From Eledone cirrhosa (taxonomy: Eukaryota), in the NCBI GenBank assembly GCA_964016885.1, contig OZ024743.1:147312001-147376000 (forward strand): DNA of 64,000 nt, given 5' to 3'. The notes under the pieces are model-generated. The model was not told the origin of the DNA, ran no database searches, and saw only the letters and a list, made by a program, of their open reading frames with translations. The translations under genes and the position numbers were made by a program. Positions 24,501-37,729 of the stretch are shown here, piece after piece (the first letter of the stretch is position 1; every line of letters begins with the position of its first letter).

Positions 24501-27283
24501 CGGGTCCTCGTCTATGAAGCCTATCGAAGTCAAGCACACAGATCACGAATTTGTGGTCCGTGTAGCTGATTATCTTGAATTGTGGACAGCCTATGCTAGA
24601 ACAATCTATTTCCCTAAAAAATACTCTATCTAGATATGATCTGGATGACCCTATGCGATTTGTCCAAGTCCACATTGGCATATTCGGGAAATCCAATCGG
24701 TACCTGTCAGACAGTTCAAAACGCCTGAGCAGGTTGGTGAGGCTCTTGCACCCTCCTCCCCTATCCGCTAATCCCACACAGTCCCAGCGTGCATCTAAAA
24801 TCCCGTTCCAGTCGCCCACTAACACTAAAGAGCGGGACGTTCCAAGAAAGGTCTCCAGACGCCGGAAGAAATCAGGCTGCCCTGCTCCTGTCGGGGCATA
24901 GACGTCCACTAGCCTGAAAGGTTTCCCGTCTCCGCTGGTCACGTTTAGCACCACCAACTTACCTTCTGGGTCCAGGAAGATGGCCCGTATGGCGAGATCC
25001 AAACCTCTCCGAAAAAGCACAGCAACTCCTTCCCCCGATCCCGGACGGCTGGGAGATGCGTACACATCGTAGCCGCCGAAGATCGGTGCGAAGGCCCGTG
25101 CTTCGGAGATTCTGGTCTCGCTGATAGCCACTACTTCTATGTTTAGTGGCCTTTATGCTGCCTATTCTGAGTGAGGTCATGTTGAAATGGAGTGGAAAAG
25201 ATGGGAAAGCCCACTTATCATAATTCTCGTAGAGGAAGGACGATTTGTCCATCCTTTTCACGGCTTGTGGCCTCCTCCAGAAGGATGTCCTTATAAATCC
25301 TCCTGGAGAGTGTTTGTCGGAAGTCTCCGACGTCTTTGGGGGATTTTTGTTTTAGTGTCGTGTACATTTTCTGTGTGATGCGAGTAATTTGTATGTGCAG
25401 AGGTGGTGTGAACTTTTGGGTTGTTGTGTAGTCTTTTTCTGTGATGCTGGTGTTGTGTTGCATGTAGTGTAATAATTGGTTGTTGTTCAAATTTAATGTT
25501 GTGTAGTGTGTATCGTTTTGGTTGTTTTGCTTTGTTTGCGTTTGTTGTGGGTTTGTTTCTGTTACGCTTTTTGGTGACTTTTGTGGTGTTGGGGTTAATG
25601 ATGGTGTTGTTATTTGTGGTGATGGGGTTGGTGATGCTGGTGTGGATGGTGGCATATCTGTCTTAACTGTTTTGTTTGATAATTTATTTGTTTACCTCTG
25701 TATTTTGTTTTTGGAGGGGAAAGGAAGAGAATTTATTCTTTTTTGGTTTCTTTTTTTTCTTTTTTCCTGATACCGTTTCCCACTCCTCGTCGTCACAATC
25801 TGTCTCCAGTTGCGATAAGCCGAGGAGTGGAAAATCCTCCACAAGCGTTGGTTTTGGTTGTGGCGTGGTGGATGGTGTAGGCGCTGGTGCCAGTTCTGGC
25901 GCGTTGGGTGGTGGTGGTGTTGGTTTTTCCACTGTTGCTGGGGTTGTTGCTGTTACAGGTGCTACAGTTGTTGCTGCCATTTCTTCTGCTGGTGGAGTTG
26001 ATGGTTGAGTCACTGGGGTGGGTAAGAGAGGTGGCCTCAACCTTTTAGCCCTTAGGTGGGTTCCTTCACCACAAACGACACACCTAGGCCTTCTGCCCTC
26101 GACAATTACGGTGAGGTGGCTGCCGTCAGTGAGGTCTATAACCTCTGGGATCTCCTCAATGCTTTTATGGTCCGCTTGGATCAGGAGCTCCATCCCAGAT
26201 CCGGACCAGTTCTCCTTCTTTTCTTTCGCTATTTCGATTATCTTGGTGTTGGCCTCGATGCCGGCGTGGACGGCAGCCATTAGCCTGGGAATTTCAATGG
26301 CTGGTGGAACGTGGGTCACCCTGATCTTCAAAAGTCTCTGGCCACAATAGCTTGGGATGAGTGTGAAGTCGTCACTTCTTATTGGGGCCATGGAGTGTTC
26401 TCTGGCCTCCTGTGGTGTTTCAAAGAACACGTTCACGGTTCCATATTTCTGCCCACGTCTGATGTGTTTTTTTTGCCCACACATGTCCCAAAGCTTTTTG
26501 GATTTGGGACTCGGATGCCCGTTTCACTCGGCGCATAGGCGACGATGCTCCATTTTATTAGGTGTGTGTGTGTGTGTGTGGGGGGGGGGGGGGGGCTGAC
26601 CCTGTACCCATCTTTCTTTACCATTCTTTTGGCTTCTTCTAATTCCTCCTGAGTTACCTGGATCGCTTCGCACGTTTTTGTTACTCTGGCAAAACTCAGG
26701 GTAGTTTTCTTAATTGTTGCTGTTGTTGTTATCGTTATTTTTGTTATTGTTAATTTTAGTTTCAGCTGTGGTGGTGGTGGCGTCAGTGGTGTTCGGTGTG
26801 GAAGAGTTCATTTTGGTTGAATTCATTTCGATATCACGAGTTAATTTATTTTTTCTTTTGTTTCTGTTGTCGCTGTGGTAGTGGTGGGTGGGGGGGATTT
26901 AACACCTGCAGTCATTGGTAATGGCGGGAAATGAATGTCTGGCTGAGACAAATTTAAAATATTGCTACTGCTTATATTTTTAGTGTTGGCAAACGTAGTA
27001 ATATTTACAATGGTGGTGTCGGTGTGAGGTGTTAGTGTGTGAGGAAGGAGTGACTCTGAGTCGTCCATGATTTTTCAAAGAAGTTTGTTTTGGTTGATAA
27101 TTATCAAAAGTTTAAACTTTGGGCCCAAAGCCCCAATCTTTTTGAGTGTCCTTTTTAGAAATCAATGTATGTGCACTTATATACAGTTAACAATAAACAT
27201 TTTCCATAAATGGCAATTTTAAACAACTGAAAATAACAAACCTTTGCGGAACTCACGATGATACGATTTACTACGTAGGTCGC
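21563..27283 (-). mobile_element. Tx1-clade retrotransposon copy E (best-preserved, apparently full length)
   Basis: Long ORF2 pieces at 24457-25131 (APE), 23004-24254 (RT; RQGCPLS, SAYADD) and 21817-22785. ORF1 pieces span 25218-27068 with CVVCGEGTH. (AAT)n flanks both ends. Confidence 0.93.
21817..25181 (-). pseudogene. Frameshifted ORF2 (APE endonuclease - reverse transcriptase - zinc finger) of copy E
   Basis: Consecutive ORF fragments carry APE, RT and CPRC..H...C motifs in canonical order. Confidence 0.9.
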
Positions 27284-27336
27284 TAATAATAATACTAATA
27301 AATAATAATAATAATAATAATATTAGTAATAATATT

Positions 27337-29370
27337 GATTTCTTTATTAGCCACACAAGGCTCACATTAAGGAAACAATGCAGGACGATACACTGTATAA
27401 AAGACTAAGAAAATTAACATTTAAAACAAACAACAACTTCTCCAAAGGTGAGAAAACACTAAGAGTCACTCGTGTAGAAATTCCACTTTCTACTTTCTAC
27501 ACCAATCTACAGGCATATGCTTAAGGCAGGACCATTCACACGACAATGATCGCCACTCTCATCCACAACTCAACAAACTCGTTGGAAGGTAGCACTTCCC
27601 TCTCCACTCAGATTTTTCTTTTCAAGTGAAGTAGCGGGTGTTGACAGCTGATGGAACATCTGACCATCGAAGCGCGTCCCTTCCACAACAAGTGAAAGAG
27701 CAAACGCTCCAGTGCAGTCAGGCGAGGCTTTGTATAAGGAACGACGGTCAGGCGGTTGTAGATGACGAATGCAATGTGCGTGTTCGCCACCTCTACTCGG
27801 CCTTTCAGGGATAGCTTCCTCTCAGCCCATTTCTGAGTGTGAGAAGCCACCTTAAACGTTATCTTGTCCCAGTTTTTATCAATCTGAAGGTCCGGTCCTA
27901 ACCAGAGACCGAGTAATGTAACCGGTATATTTGTCCAGCACCCGACGTCGCTGTTGGACGGCAAAGACGGGCCTCTCCAGGTGCCGAGCCGCAGACCCAC
28001 TAACTTTTCCTGGTTGAGTTTTTCTCCTGTTATCGCTTCGTACTCCTTGAGAGGGGTAGCGATCATCTCAATGTTTTTGTTGTTCGACAACACCACGGTG
28101 ATTTTATCTGCATATACTTACATGGATCTCCCACATCCTAGTTCGCGCGGGATGTCCCTCAACGTCTCCAATTTGTGTAGTAATGGCTCAAAATTCAATG
28201 CATACTGAAAGGACGAGAGGGGACAACCTTGGCGGACAGAGCGCATGAGGTTGAATTGTTCCGAAAGGTGACGGTTTACTCTAACCAGAGAGTAGATGTC
28301 GCTGTGCATTGCAGGGATCCAACTCCTGAAAACAGATATAAAGCCTGCTGCTTTGAGGACAGCCGCATTGTAGCTATGGTCAAATCTATCGAAGGCATTT
28401 GATTGATCTAAATTGATCAGAGCCCCAGCCGTGCCAGGTTTCTTAATCACCCTCTCTATTATGTATCGCATGAGGAAGTGTTGTCGTGGATGAACCTATC
28501 TGGAATGGTAGACGTTTGCACCTCCCCTACCAGATCACCGACGACAAGCGCCAACCTCATTGCTAATACTTTGGCCAAACGTTTAGACTTATGGGCGTGA
28601 AATATATCTATATGGTCCCCCTTTTTCGGGTCCTTTCTCAGCTGCACTACCGCACCTCGACTCAGAGAGCTGGGAATTCTCCTGTTCTGCTGCCAGTTGG
28701 CGTAGACATCCGCTAAGATGTCGCCAAACAAGTCTGCCATGTTTGTGTAAAGCTCGTAGGGCAGGCTATCTACGCCAGGCGATTTGCCCCTTGTGCAACT
28801 TCCCACTGCGTCCCATATTTCCTCAGCTGTTATCGGTTTTTCGCAATACTCCAGCTCCCTCGTCGAGAGCCGTAGCAGGCCATCAAGGTAGGCTCTGAAA
28901 TCCATCCCTCGATCCGATGCGCCACCGCTCCCGAACATTTGAAGGAAGTGTTGCTGAAAGACCTAACACACCTGCTTGGGATCAAGTACGATGCACCCAT
29001 TGTAGTCCGCCAAAGATCGGATTGTGGCTTTGTTGCCATGCCTCGCCTCCGCCCCTTGGGCTTATTGAACGGCTTTCGTCCCCTCATGTCTAAGATCACG
29101 CGCTTTTGCTCTGAAAACGCAACCTTCGTGCTTAGCATTGAAAAATTGGTCGATCGCCGGCTGTGTTATATGCGAGATAATAGCTGTTCGACAAAACTCC
29201 AGTCAGTAATCCATGGAGAGTGGGTGAGTACGTGCAGAACGGTTTTGTTGTTTTGCGCGCACCTTGGAAAGGACCGTCTGCCAGCACCTTCCTACTTGTA
29301 GAGTTTATCAAGAACCAGAGTACCCCCCTTCTCCGGTAGCACTGCCAAAGCAAGGATTTGTGGAAGCAGG
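27337..29370 (-). mobile_element. Tx1-clade copy F (5'-truncated, internal deletion) plus adjacent zinc-finger-region fragment
   Basis: RT motifs in ORFs 27608-28938. Deletion junction CCQHPL|LHLKRKI at ~27630. 29150-29370 resembles the zinc-finger region. The 3' end lies in (AAT)n at 27284-27335. Confidence 0.85.
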
Positions 29371-30128
29371 TAAATAATCTCATGGAAGAATTCTTCATTG
29401 ATCCTGTTCTAATCCAATGTTATCGTCATCGACTGAGGTTCTTCCTACTGATGATTATTCTATCCAAAGACTAACATGCATTTTCGTGTTTCACTTTGTT
29501 AAGTTTGGAGCAGCTTTAGTCGGTGTTTGAAGAATAACTGAAGCTACAGGTATAGCGTATGTCATTTATTATTAGTGAATTAATTTTACTTGTGAATTAA
29601 TCAGCAGTAGTGTTTTATTGTTGATTTTGCAAAACCAATCAAGTGATTATTATATCTTAGAGTTAATGATATAAAAAAAAAACATAAATAAAAACAAAAT
29701 CAATAGAAAATTAAAGCAATGATCGTGCATATATATGATGGTGAATACATATAAAACAAACATAGTTATATACATAAACACAATTTATATCTAAAATACT
29801 GTGGGCACAAACTCCAAATAATGGATACCATCACGGATTTGTATGTGGAAATGAGTCAATGTTTATGTAAACGTGTGTAGGCGTGTGCGTGAGCACACAT
29901 ACGAACTGTTCGGGTATTTGATAAGCTTGGTAAACTTTCAAAAGATATATAAACTGCTAAGATGCCAATACAGCCTAGAGTGACAATTAGCGAGATATGT
30001 AAAAATATGGACAACTGAGAAAAGTACAAATGAATGTAATTTTATGTCACTATTTCAATCAGTTGCTCAGAAAAATAAGACTTGGCACAGTCAGTTTATT
30101 TTTGGTAGTTTATGGTTTATATAGTGTC

Positions 30129-30179
30129 ATACATACATATACATATAAACATTCATACATACATACATACATATATACA

Positions 30180-30254
<75 letters not shown>
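30129..30254. repeat. (TACA)n/(TA)n/(TG)n microsatellite
   Basis: Directly visible. Confidence 0.95.
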
Positions 30255-30260
<6 letters not shown>

Positions 30261-30569
30261 GTATTTCATTACGGCATACATCCAACAGAAATGGAATTTG
30301 ATAATTAAGAGTTATATTCATTCGTCATTCGTGGATTTAAAGGGAAATGTAACATTCAATGAAATAGAAACTTCAAAAGGTGTTATTGATTGTGGGTTAG
30401 GGTATTGTGAGAGGGATGTGTGACTGAGCATGACCATGGTAATGAGTAAAGAAAGCCCACATGGTGATCTATTTATAATGGGGTAAAATTAACTGAAATA
30501 TCACTCTTCTGGATATTCTGTAATCTACTCAATATTACTAAAAGTAGAGTATGCATATATATATATATA

Positions 30570-31158
<589 letters not shown>

Positions 31159-31943
31159 CTGACTGAACAGACAAGTGCTTTTTCTAAAAAATCTTTTTTC
31201 AGTAACTTCCTCTTCTCACTATTTAACTTTATAATACGTTTTTGTTTTTAATTTCTGATTCTATCATCTGATAAAGGACTAACTTCGGAAACGTTAAGAC
31301 TCTTTTTCTACTATATCAAGCGTTAAAATATTATATGCCTGCATTATACTTGTTTGCTTTTTCATTTTCACTTTATTTTTCGCACACATATATATAAACA
31401 CACACACAGACGCATATATATGTGTTTGCATATGTGTGTATGCATATATGAAATAATTTATTGTAAATAGATTTATCCAAACTTGTGTCTTCAACTTGGT
31501 TGTTATTAACACAACATTTCAGACGTTGTTCCCCACCATTCCTATTCGTTAATGTTCTTTAAACCGGCCAAATCTATGCCATACGGAGCAATGTCCTGTC
31601 AGCTGTGTATTGATGAAAGAGTGAATATCACAAGAACCGATATATTTTCATCACTGCTCCCATGCTGTGAAGTATCTATTACGTAACCTGAAAGACCCTG
31701 GATAACCATAGATGTTACCCGGAATGAAGTAACTGAAACGAAAATCCCCACTTGCATCAGTCTAACTTGAGTCGCGCAAATTCCAGTCAACTCTTATACA
31801 CTACTCTTCGCACCTGAGCTATACACTGGTTGAAAGTCTGTTTGTTGAAGCGCGCGTCCTCGAGTATGGTTTAGTAATTTGTTGTGGAACTAAATATATA
31901 CCGATCTGGATATAGCCGCCTCCCAGAATTTTACTACTCTCTC

Positions 31944-31986
<43 letters not shown>

Positions 31987-32165
31987 GTGTGTGTGTGTGT
32001 TTTGGACATAAAACCTCACTAACACAACCTTAGTGTCATATACGATATTCAGTGTCAAAAGCCATACGAAGCACGACGCTTGACTTTCTGATCCACACAT
32101 TCCCACCTTTATTAAAATAGCTTATGCAGAATGTAATTACAGCTTTCTTATGTAATATCATCATC

Positions 32166-32518
32166 ATTGGCAGTATCGGTAGAGGGTCGGACATGCTTTC
32201 CAGTATAGTTACGTCCCTTTACGATCAGAGTTCAAATCCCGCCGAGGTTAACTTTGCCTTTCATCCTTACGGGGTCGATAAAATAAAGTACCAGTAATAC
32301 ACTGGGTAATTGCTGGCCTTGTGTCAAAAGTAGAAACAGTTATTGGCAGTAGTGGTAGAAGGTCGGACATGCTTTCCAGTATAGTTACGTCTCTTTACGA
32401 TCTGAGTTCAAATCCCGCCGAGGTTAACTTTGCCTTTCATCCTTACGGGGTCGATAAAATAAAGTACCAGTAATGTACTGTGTAATTGTTGACCTTGTGC
32501 TAAAAAGTAGAAACAATC
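32166..32518 (+). mobile_element. Head-to-tail SINE dimer
   Basis: Two consecutive ~176-bp copies, each with A/B boxes and a tail. Confidence 0.88.
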
Positions 32519-33489
32519 ATTGATGAATCACCGGTAGTTGGGCTAGTATTAATGCCAGATGTTAATAATTGCCACAGTACAATCCAATTGTCTCTGCTAT
32601 GTAGACCTTATCTGACACCAGGTTTAGGTACAACACACTGTTATAAAAAGCAGTAAAACGGTATAAATAATTAGTTATGTTGCTTTGTTGATTTCAAGTC
32701 GTACATTAAGTCTATACTATGACAAAAGCCTTCCTACCTCCAAATGATCTCCATGTAACATTTCATGTGGTTTCTGATGCAGTTGTTGTTAGACCTAGTT
32801 ATGCAAATTTAAGCAAATCTATGCTCAAAGGCGTTTCAATTGTAACAATTCTGTATGTTTGTTTACTTTTATGTATGAGCATATTGTCCGTCATATGTAT
32901 GAGCATATTCTTTTTTTAAAGGCGAGACGTTTTAATTTCAGGGAGATTTGGCTGCTGTTTCTCGTAAGATGAGTGATTGCATGGGGGATCTCTTGTTGGC
33001 TCGAAATAAATATTTATATTCCGGAAGGAGCGTATCTAAGTAATATACAGCAGAACGGAATCTTATCTAAACAAATTGATGGCGCCCTTATAATATATTC
33101 TATTGTATTATAGTGATGTCTGATTATATGGTTGCCGATATAAGGTTTTTACAAAATATCTTGGCGTGCTTATTGGAAGCATCCCAAAATGATGGAACTA
33201 CATGTCCAATTGTTCAATGCTCTTCAATCAAAATTACACGGGTAATAAATATAATAAAAATGGATATTTTCTATAAGTATTTTGGACCATTTTCTATGAA
33301 GAATTCTAGAAATATAAACCTCTTATAACATACTCAAAATTGTCCACGCGATATTGCGGGCTGTCACATTTCTAACTTTACTCGTCGCATTTTGCTACAT
33401 TCTCCCGTTAAATATATCATTGTTGAAGAAAGATGGTTTCATTTGTACATCAACAAAATAAATAGGGATGTACAAAAGAAACTGTCTTT

Positions 33490-33568
<79 letters not shown>

Positions 33569-33716
33569 TTTCTGAATTTGTTTAGCAAGATTCTTTATCT
33601 GAAAACGTGTGTTGAAACCGATATTGTTATACTTTGGGAGGGTCATTTATAATAAATTGAAGTGAAAGCAACTGGTGCGTGTGTTTCTTATTGGCAACAT
33701 GACCCTCCCAAAGTAT

Positions 33717-33755
<39 letters not shown>

Positions 33756-33934
33756 AAGAAATTAAAAGAAGGTTAAAAAAGTTCCATATATATATATAAA
33801 AAAGTTCCATATATATATATATATAACTGGGGAATGTAACGTCCAGTTTCTGTAGGTTCACCAGAGTGAGCACTCGATGCATTGTTTCCAGTCGGTAAAG
33901 AGGTGTAGAACTAAGTAGAGTGTATTTGTAATAA

Positions 33935-34028
33935 ATGTTTCTACTTTTAGCACAAGGCCAGCAATTACCAGTGCATTACTGGTACTTTATTTTATCAACC
34001 CCGTAAGGATGAAAGGCAAAGTTAACCT
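33935..34028 (-). mobile_element. 5'-truncated SINE
   Basis: Matches the SINE body and tail. Confidence 0.8.
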
Positions 34029-34059
34029 TTAAAAAAGACGATTTGTTATGTCTTCATTA

Positions 34060-35130
34060 CGTTTATTGAGTAGCGACGCACGTTTCGCTATTGATCAGCT
34101 CAAGGTTCGATCTGTATCGATCTAGCTCGACTCTGGAATCAAAGGCTCGTCGGACCTCTGCTGTGGTAATGACAGCATTACCACAGCAGAGGTGGTAGTG
34201 TTGGGGTTGCTTATTGTGATGGTGATGGTGTTGATGTTTGTGGTGATGGGGCTGGTGATACTGGTGTGGGTGCTGGTGGTTGTGGTCTCCCTGCCTTAAC
34301 TTTCTTGTTTTTTTGTTTGTTTGTTTCACCCTCTATTTTTTTTTTGAAGGCGAAGGATAAGGGTTCTTTATTTTCTGGTTTCTTTTTTTTTACAGATACA
34401 GTTTTTCACCCCTCCTCGTCACAATCCGTCTCCAGTTGTGAGAGGTCGGGGAGTGGACTGTCCTTCATAGGCGTTGGTGTTTGTTCTGGCGTGGTGGATG
34501 GTGGTGGCGCTAGTGCTACTTATGGCGCGGTGGGAAGTGGTGGTGGTGGTCTTGCTACCGTTGCTGCTGCCGTTGCTGCTGCCGTTGCTGCTGCTGTTTT
34601 TGCTGGTTGGGCCAGTTGGGTAGGCAGGAGAGGTGGCCTTAATTTTTTAGCCATCCCCTGAGGGCAGAAGGCCTTTAGGCGGGGTCCATCACCACAAACG
34701 ACAGACCTTGGCCTACCTTCAATGATTACGGTGGTGTAAGTAGTGTCGGATATGCTCCTCGACATTGTGGGGGTGGGGAGGGAGGTTTTCACACCGGTAG
34801 ACAATGTCAATGGTGGAAAATCCACCTCTGTAGCACAGGACAAACTCTGGCGACTGCTATTGCTGCTCCTGCTGCTGCTGTTAGCGAAGGTGATTGTAGT
34901 AAAGTTCACAATGATGGTGGTGGGCGTAGTGTCTTTGTTTGAGCCGCTGTCACGTGACAGCTGACTTTATTCGAGGAGGTGTATACCGTCCATATTTTTT
35001 TACAAAAATAAATTGTTTGTTTTGACAAAATAAAGTTCAAATTTCGGCTCAAGGCACCAATATTATTGAGTCTCCTTTTCAGAATGCTATATATAAGTTT
35101 TATCAACAGTTAACAACAAAAATTTCCAAC
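34060..35130 (-). mobile_element. Tx1 5'UTR/ORF1 remnant, internally deleted
   Basis: VIIEGRPRSVVCGDGPRLKAFC and the ETDCDEEGW-like motif match ORF1 of copy E. 35040-35120 resembles the 5'UTR of copies A and E. Confidence 0.75.
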
Positions 35131-35245
35131 AACTAGTTTGTAACGTTGCTTTTAGTTGTTATTTAGCTTCAGAACAGTCTTTATCGAGCAGATTTATTAT
35201 TAAAGATATCTAAACCGTGATCTCCAACTTTGTTAATGAAATAAT

Positions 35246-35356
35246 TGTTTCTACATTTTGCACAAGGCCAGCAAATACCCAGTGTATTTCTGGTAGTTTA
35301 TTTTATCTACCCCGAAAGGCAAAGTTAACCTCGGCGTGATTTGAACTCATTTGAAC
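35246..35356 (-). mobile_element. 5'-truncated SINE with 16-bp target-site duplication
   Basis: TTGTTAATGAAATAAT occurs at 35230-35245 and 35357-35372. Confidence 0.8.
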
Positions 35357-36265
35357 TTGTTAATGAAATAATGTATAGGGGTTACACAGGCATATTCTTT
35401 TTAGTGTCGATACGGAGGGAGTTTGGCTGAGCGATCGGGCAGAGCCCTCCGTTTTTGACACGTGAAAATCGATGATACACTGAATCAGCAAAATCGATTG
35501 TTAATATCTATTTATCGTTTTCTATGCCATATCTGTTAGACACGCAGTGACTAACAACAGAATGTTTTAAGTCTGCATGTTGTCTGACAATATATGCGTA
35601 GCTTGTGATAAAGATTCAAGGGGTATCGCTGACCGTGGCGATTCCTTCCAAACATGTTTTGTAATGTATCGTCTTATTGGCTAATTTCATCGTCTTATTG
35701 GCTAATCAAACAATGAGAGTAATTGTCGCTCAAAAGCGTTTTGTTTGCACGTTTATTTAACGTTTCGCTTTCGAATCTCTCTCCTGTATTTTCTCGTTTT
35801 ATCATCAAAATATTTTTCTCGTTTTGGTAAGTTATATCGTTAATTTATATATGATTTTTTAAATTTAAATTAACTATTTTTTTTTCAGTTCGTTATAACA
35901 TGCTTAGAATATTGGTTGTATCATATTTACTTGTATATATGTCCATATTATTGTTCGTTTTATGTTAGATTATTTTATTATTATTATGTTAGATTATTTT
36001 TTTTTTATTATGTTAGACTATTTGTATGTAATATTTAATTTTTATTAATTCAACTATAACAATTATCATGTAAAATATATTTATTTAATATTGATTGTTT
36101 TTTGTAGTTGTTTATATTAAAAGTCTGAAAATATTTTTATACATCTTACAATCATATTTATAAGATCATTTATAAAATAACAATTATAAAATCTAATTAC
36201 ATTACAACGATAATTTATTATTAATATATATCCTGTTTAACTAGAGTTATTACAAGCTTTAACAA

Positions 36266-36455
36266 GGGCGGTGAATTGGCAGTATCGGTAGAGGGTCGGA
36301 CGCCATGCTTTGACGCATAGAGTTACGGCCCTTGCCATTCTGATTTCAAATCCCGCCGAGGTTAACTTTGCCTTTCATCCTTACGGGGTCGATAAAATAA
36401 AGTACCAGTAATACACTGGGTGATTGCTGGCCTTGTGCCAAAAGTAGAAACAGTT
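36266..36455 (+). mobile_element. Full-length SINE
   Basis: A/B boxes, body and tail are present. A flanking repeat AGTTATTACAAGCTTT occurs at 36245-36260 and 36452-36467. Confidence 0.88.
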
Positions 36456-36484
36456 ATTACAAGCTTTGCCTTAAAAAAATATTA

Positions 36485-36932
36485 AACTAGACCTGAAAAA
36501 TGCGCAAGCTCAAAAGAGCCACAGAATGTTATAATAAACCTTCAAAAGTGTGGGACTAGAGTTGTTGCTCAAACATATTGTAATCATTATCTATCGTACA
36601 CTCTGTGGCATCCTTTTATAAAAAAAAGACTCACAATGAACTGAAGACGACACGATAATTATTTAAGTGAATTTATGATGGAGAATTCGGTTTAAGTGCA
36701 TTTCGTATTAATCATTACTAAACATCTAATATGAGATATTGAACATTAGCTTAAATAATTATCGTGTCGTCTTGAGTTCGTTATGATTCTCTTTTTTATA
36801 AAAGGATGCCACAGAGTGTACGATAGATAATGATTACAATATTTTTGAGCAACAACACTAGTCCCACACTTTTGAAGGTTTATTAAAACATTCTGTGGCT
36901 CTTTTGAGCTTGCGCATTTTTCAGGTCTAGTT
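36485..36932. mobile_element. Foldback MITE with ~185-bp inverted arms
   Basis: Arms at ~36485-36667 and ~36750-36932 with few mismatches. Possible 8-bp TSD AAATATTA/AAATATTG. Confidence 0.75.
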
Positions 36933-37729
36933 AAATATTGACAACTTCAACTATGTTACATTATAAACAATTACACAATCCCAACACTTGGAGGCTCTGG
37001 TTGCGGTCTTTTCAAATAATTTCGTTCAACAAGTGTGCTAAAATGAAATTTGACAAGTAAGAACATCATGTATTTTTCTGTTGGCTAAATGTTTAAATGA
37101 AGTAAAATGTGTTTTAACACGAGATATATTTTATATCCATTTTTATAAATCAAATTATTTTTTTATTAAAAGGTATTTTATATGTAGTAATTTGATATAC
37201 CGAAGGGACTTCGTACTTACGATATATCCATGGCTTCACATGCTTACATAAAAACACGTGTAAACTCACACACACACTCACACACACATACACATACACA
37301 CACGCGCACACAGAGTCCCCCACTTTATCTTTCTCTCCCCACGCTCTCGAATCAAATTTATATCCATATGCATGCATAGAATAATGCTAACATGTTCATT
37401 TATTTGAAGAAAATAGAATAGTTTTCAAAAATATAAACATTCTAAGAAATTATTTAATAAAATAGTGATCGTTACTACCATTAACAAAATATCATGTAGA
37501 TCATAATCTGCAGGTTTATTATAGGGGATTGTTGGAAAGAAGTAAGTTCAATGAAGCCAACTTTTAAGTTGAGAAATGCAACAGCCAACGGATAGTGACC
37601 ACAACTTGAATAACAATTAAATAGAAAATTACGAGCCAAAGGGGAAGCCTGTATAAGGTAGTTTAGCCCGCAATAAATCTTCTTCTTTTCCCACTTATTC
37701 CTGGAAGGTCTTGGGAGCAGAGTCCTCAA

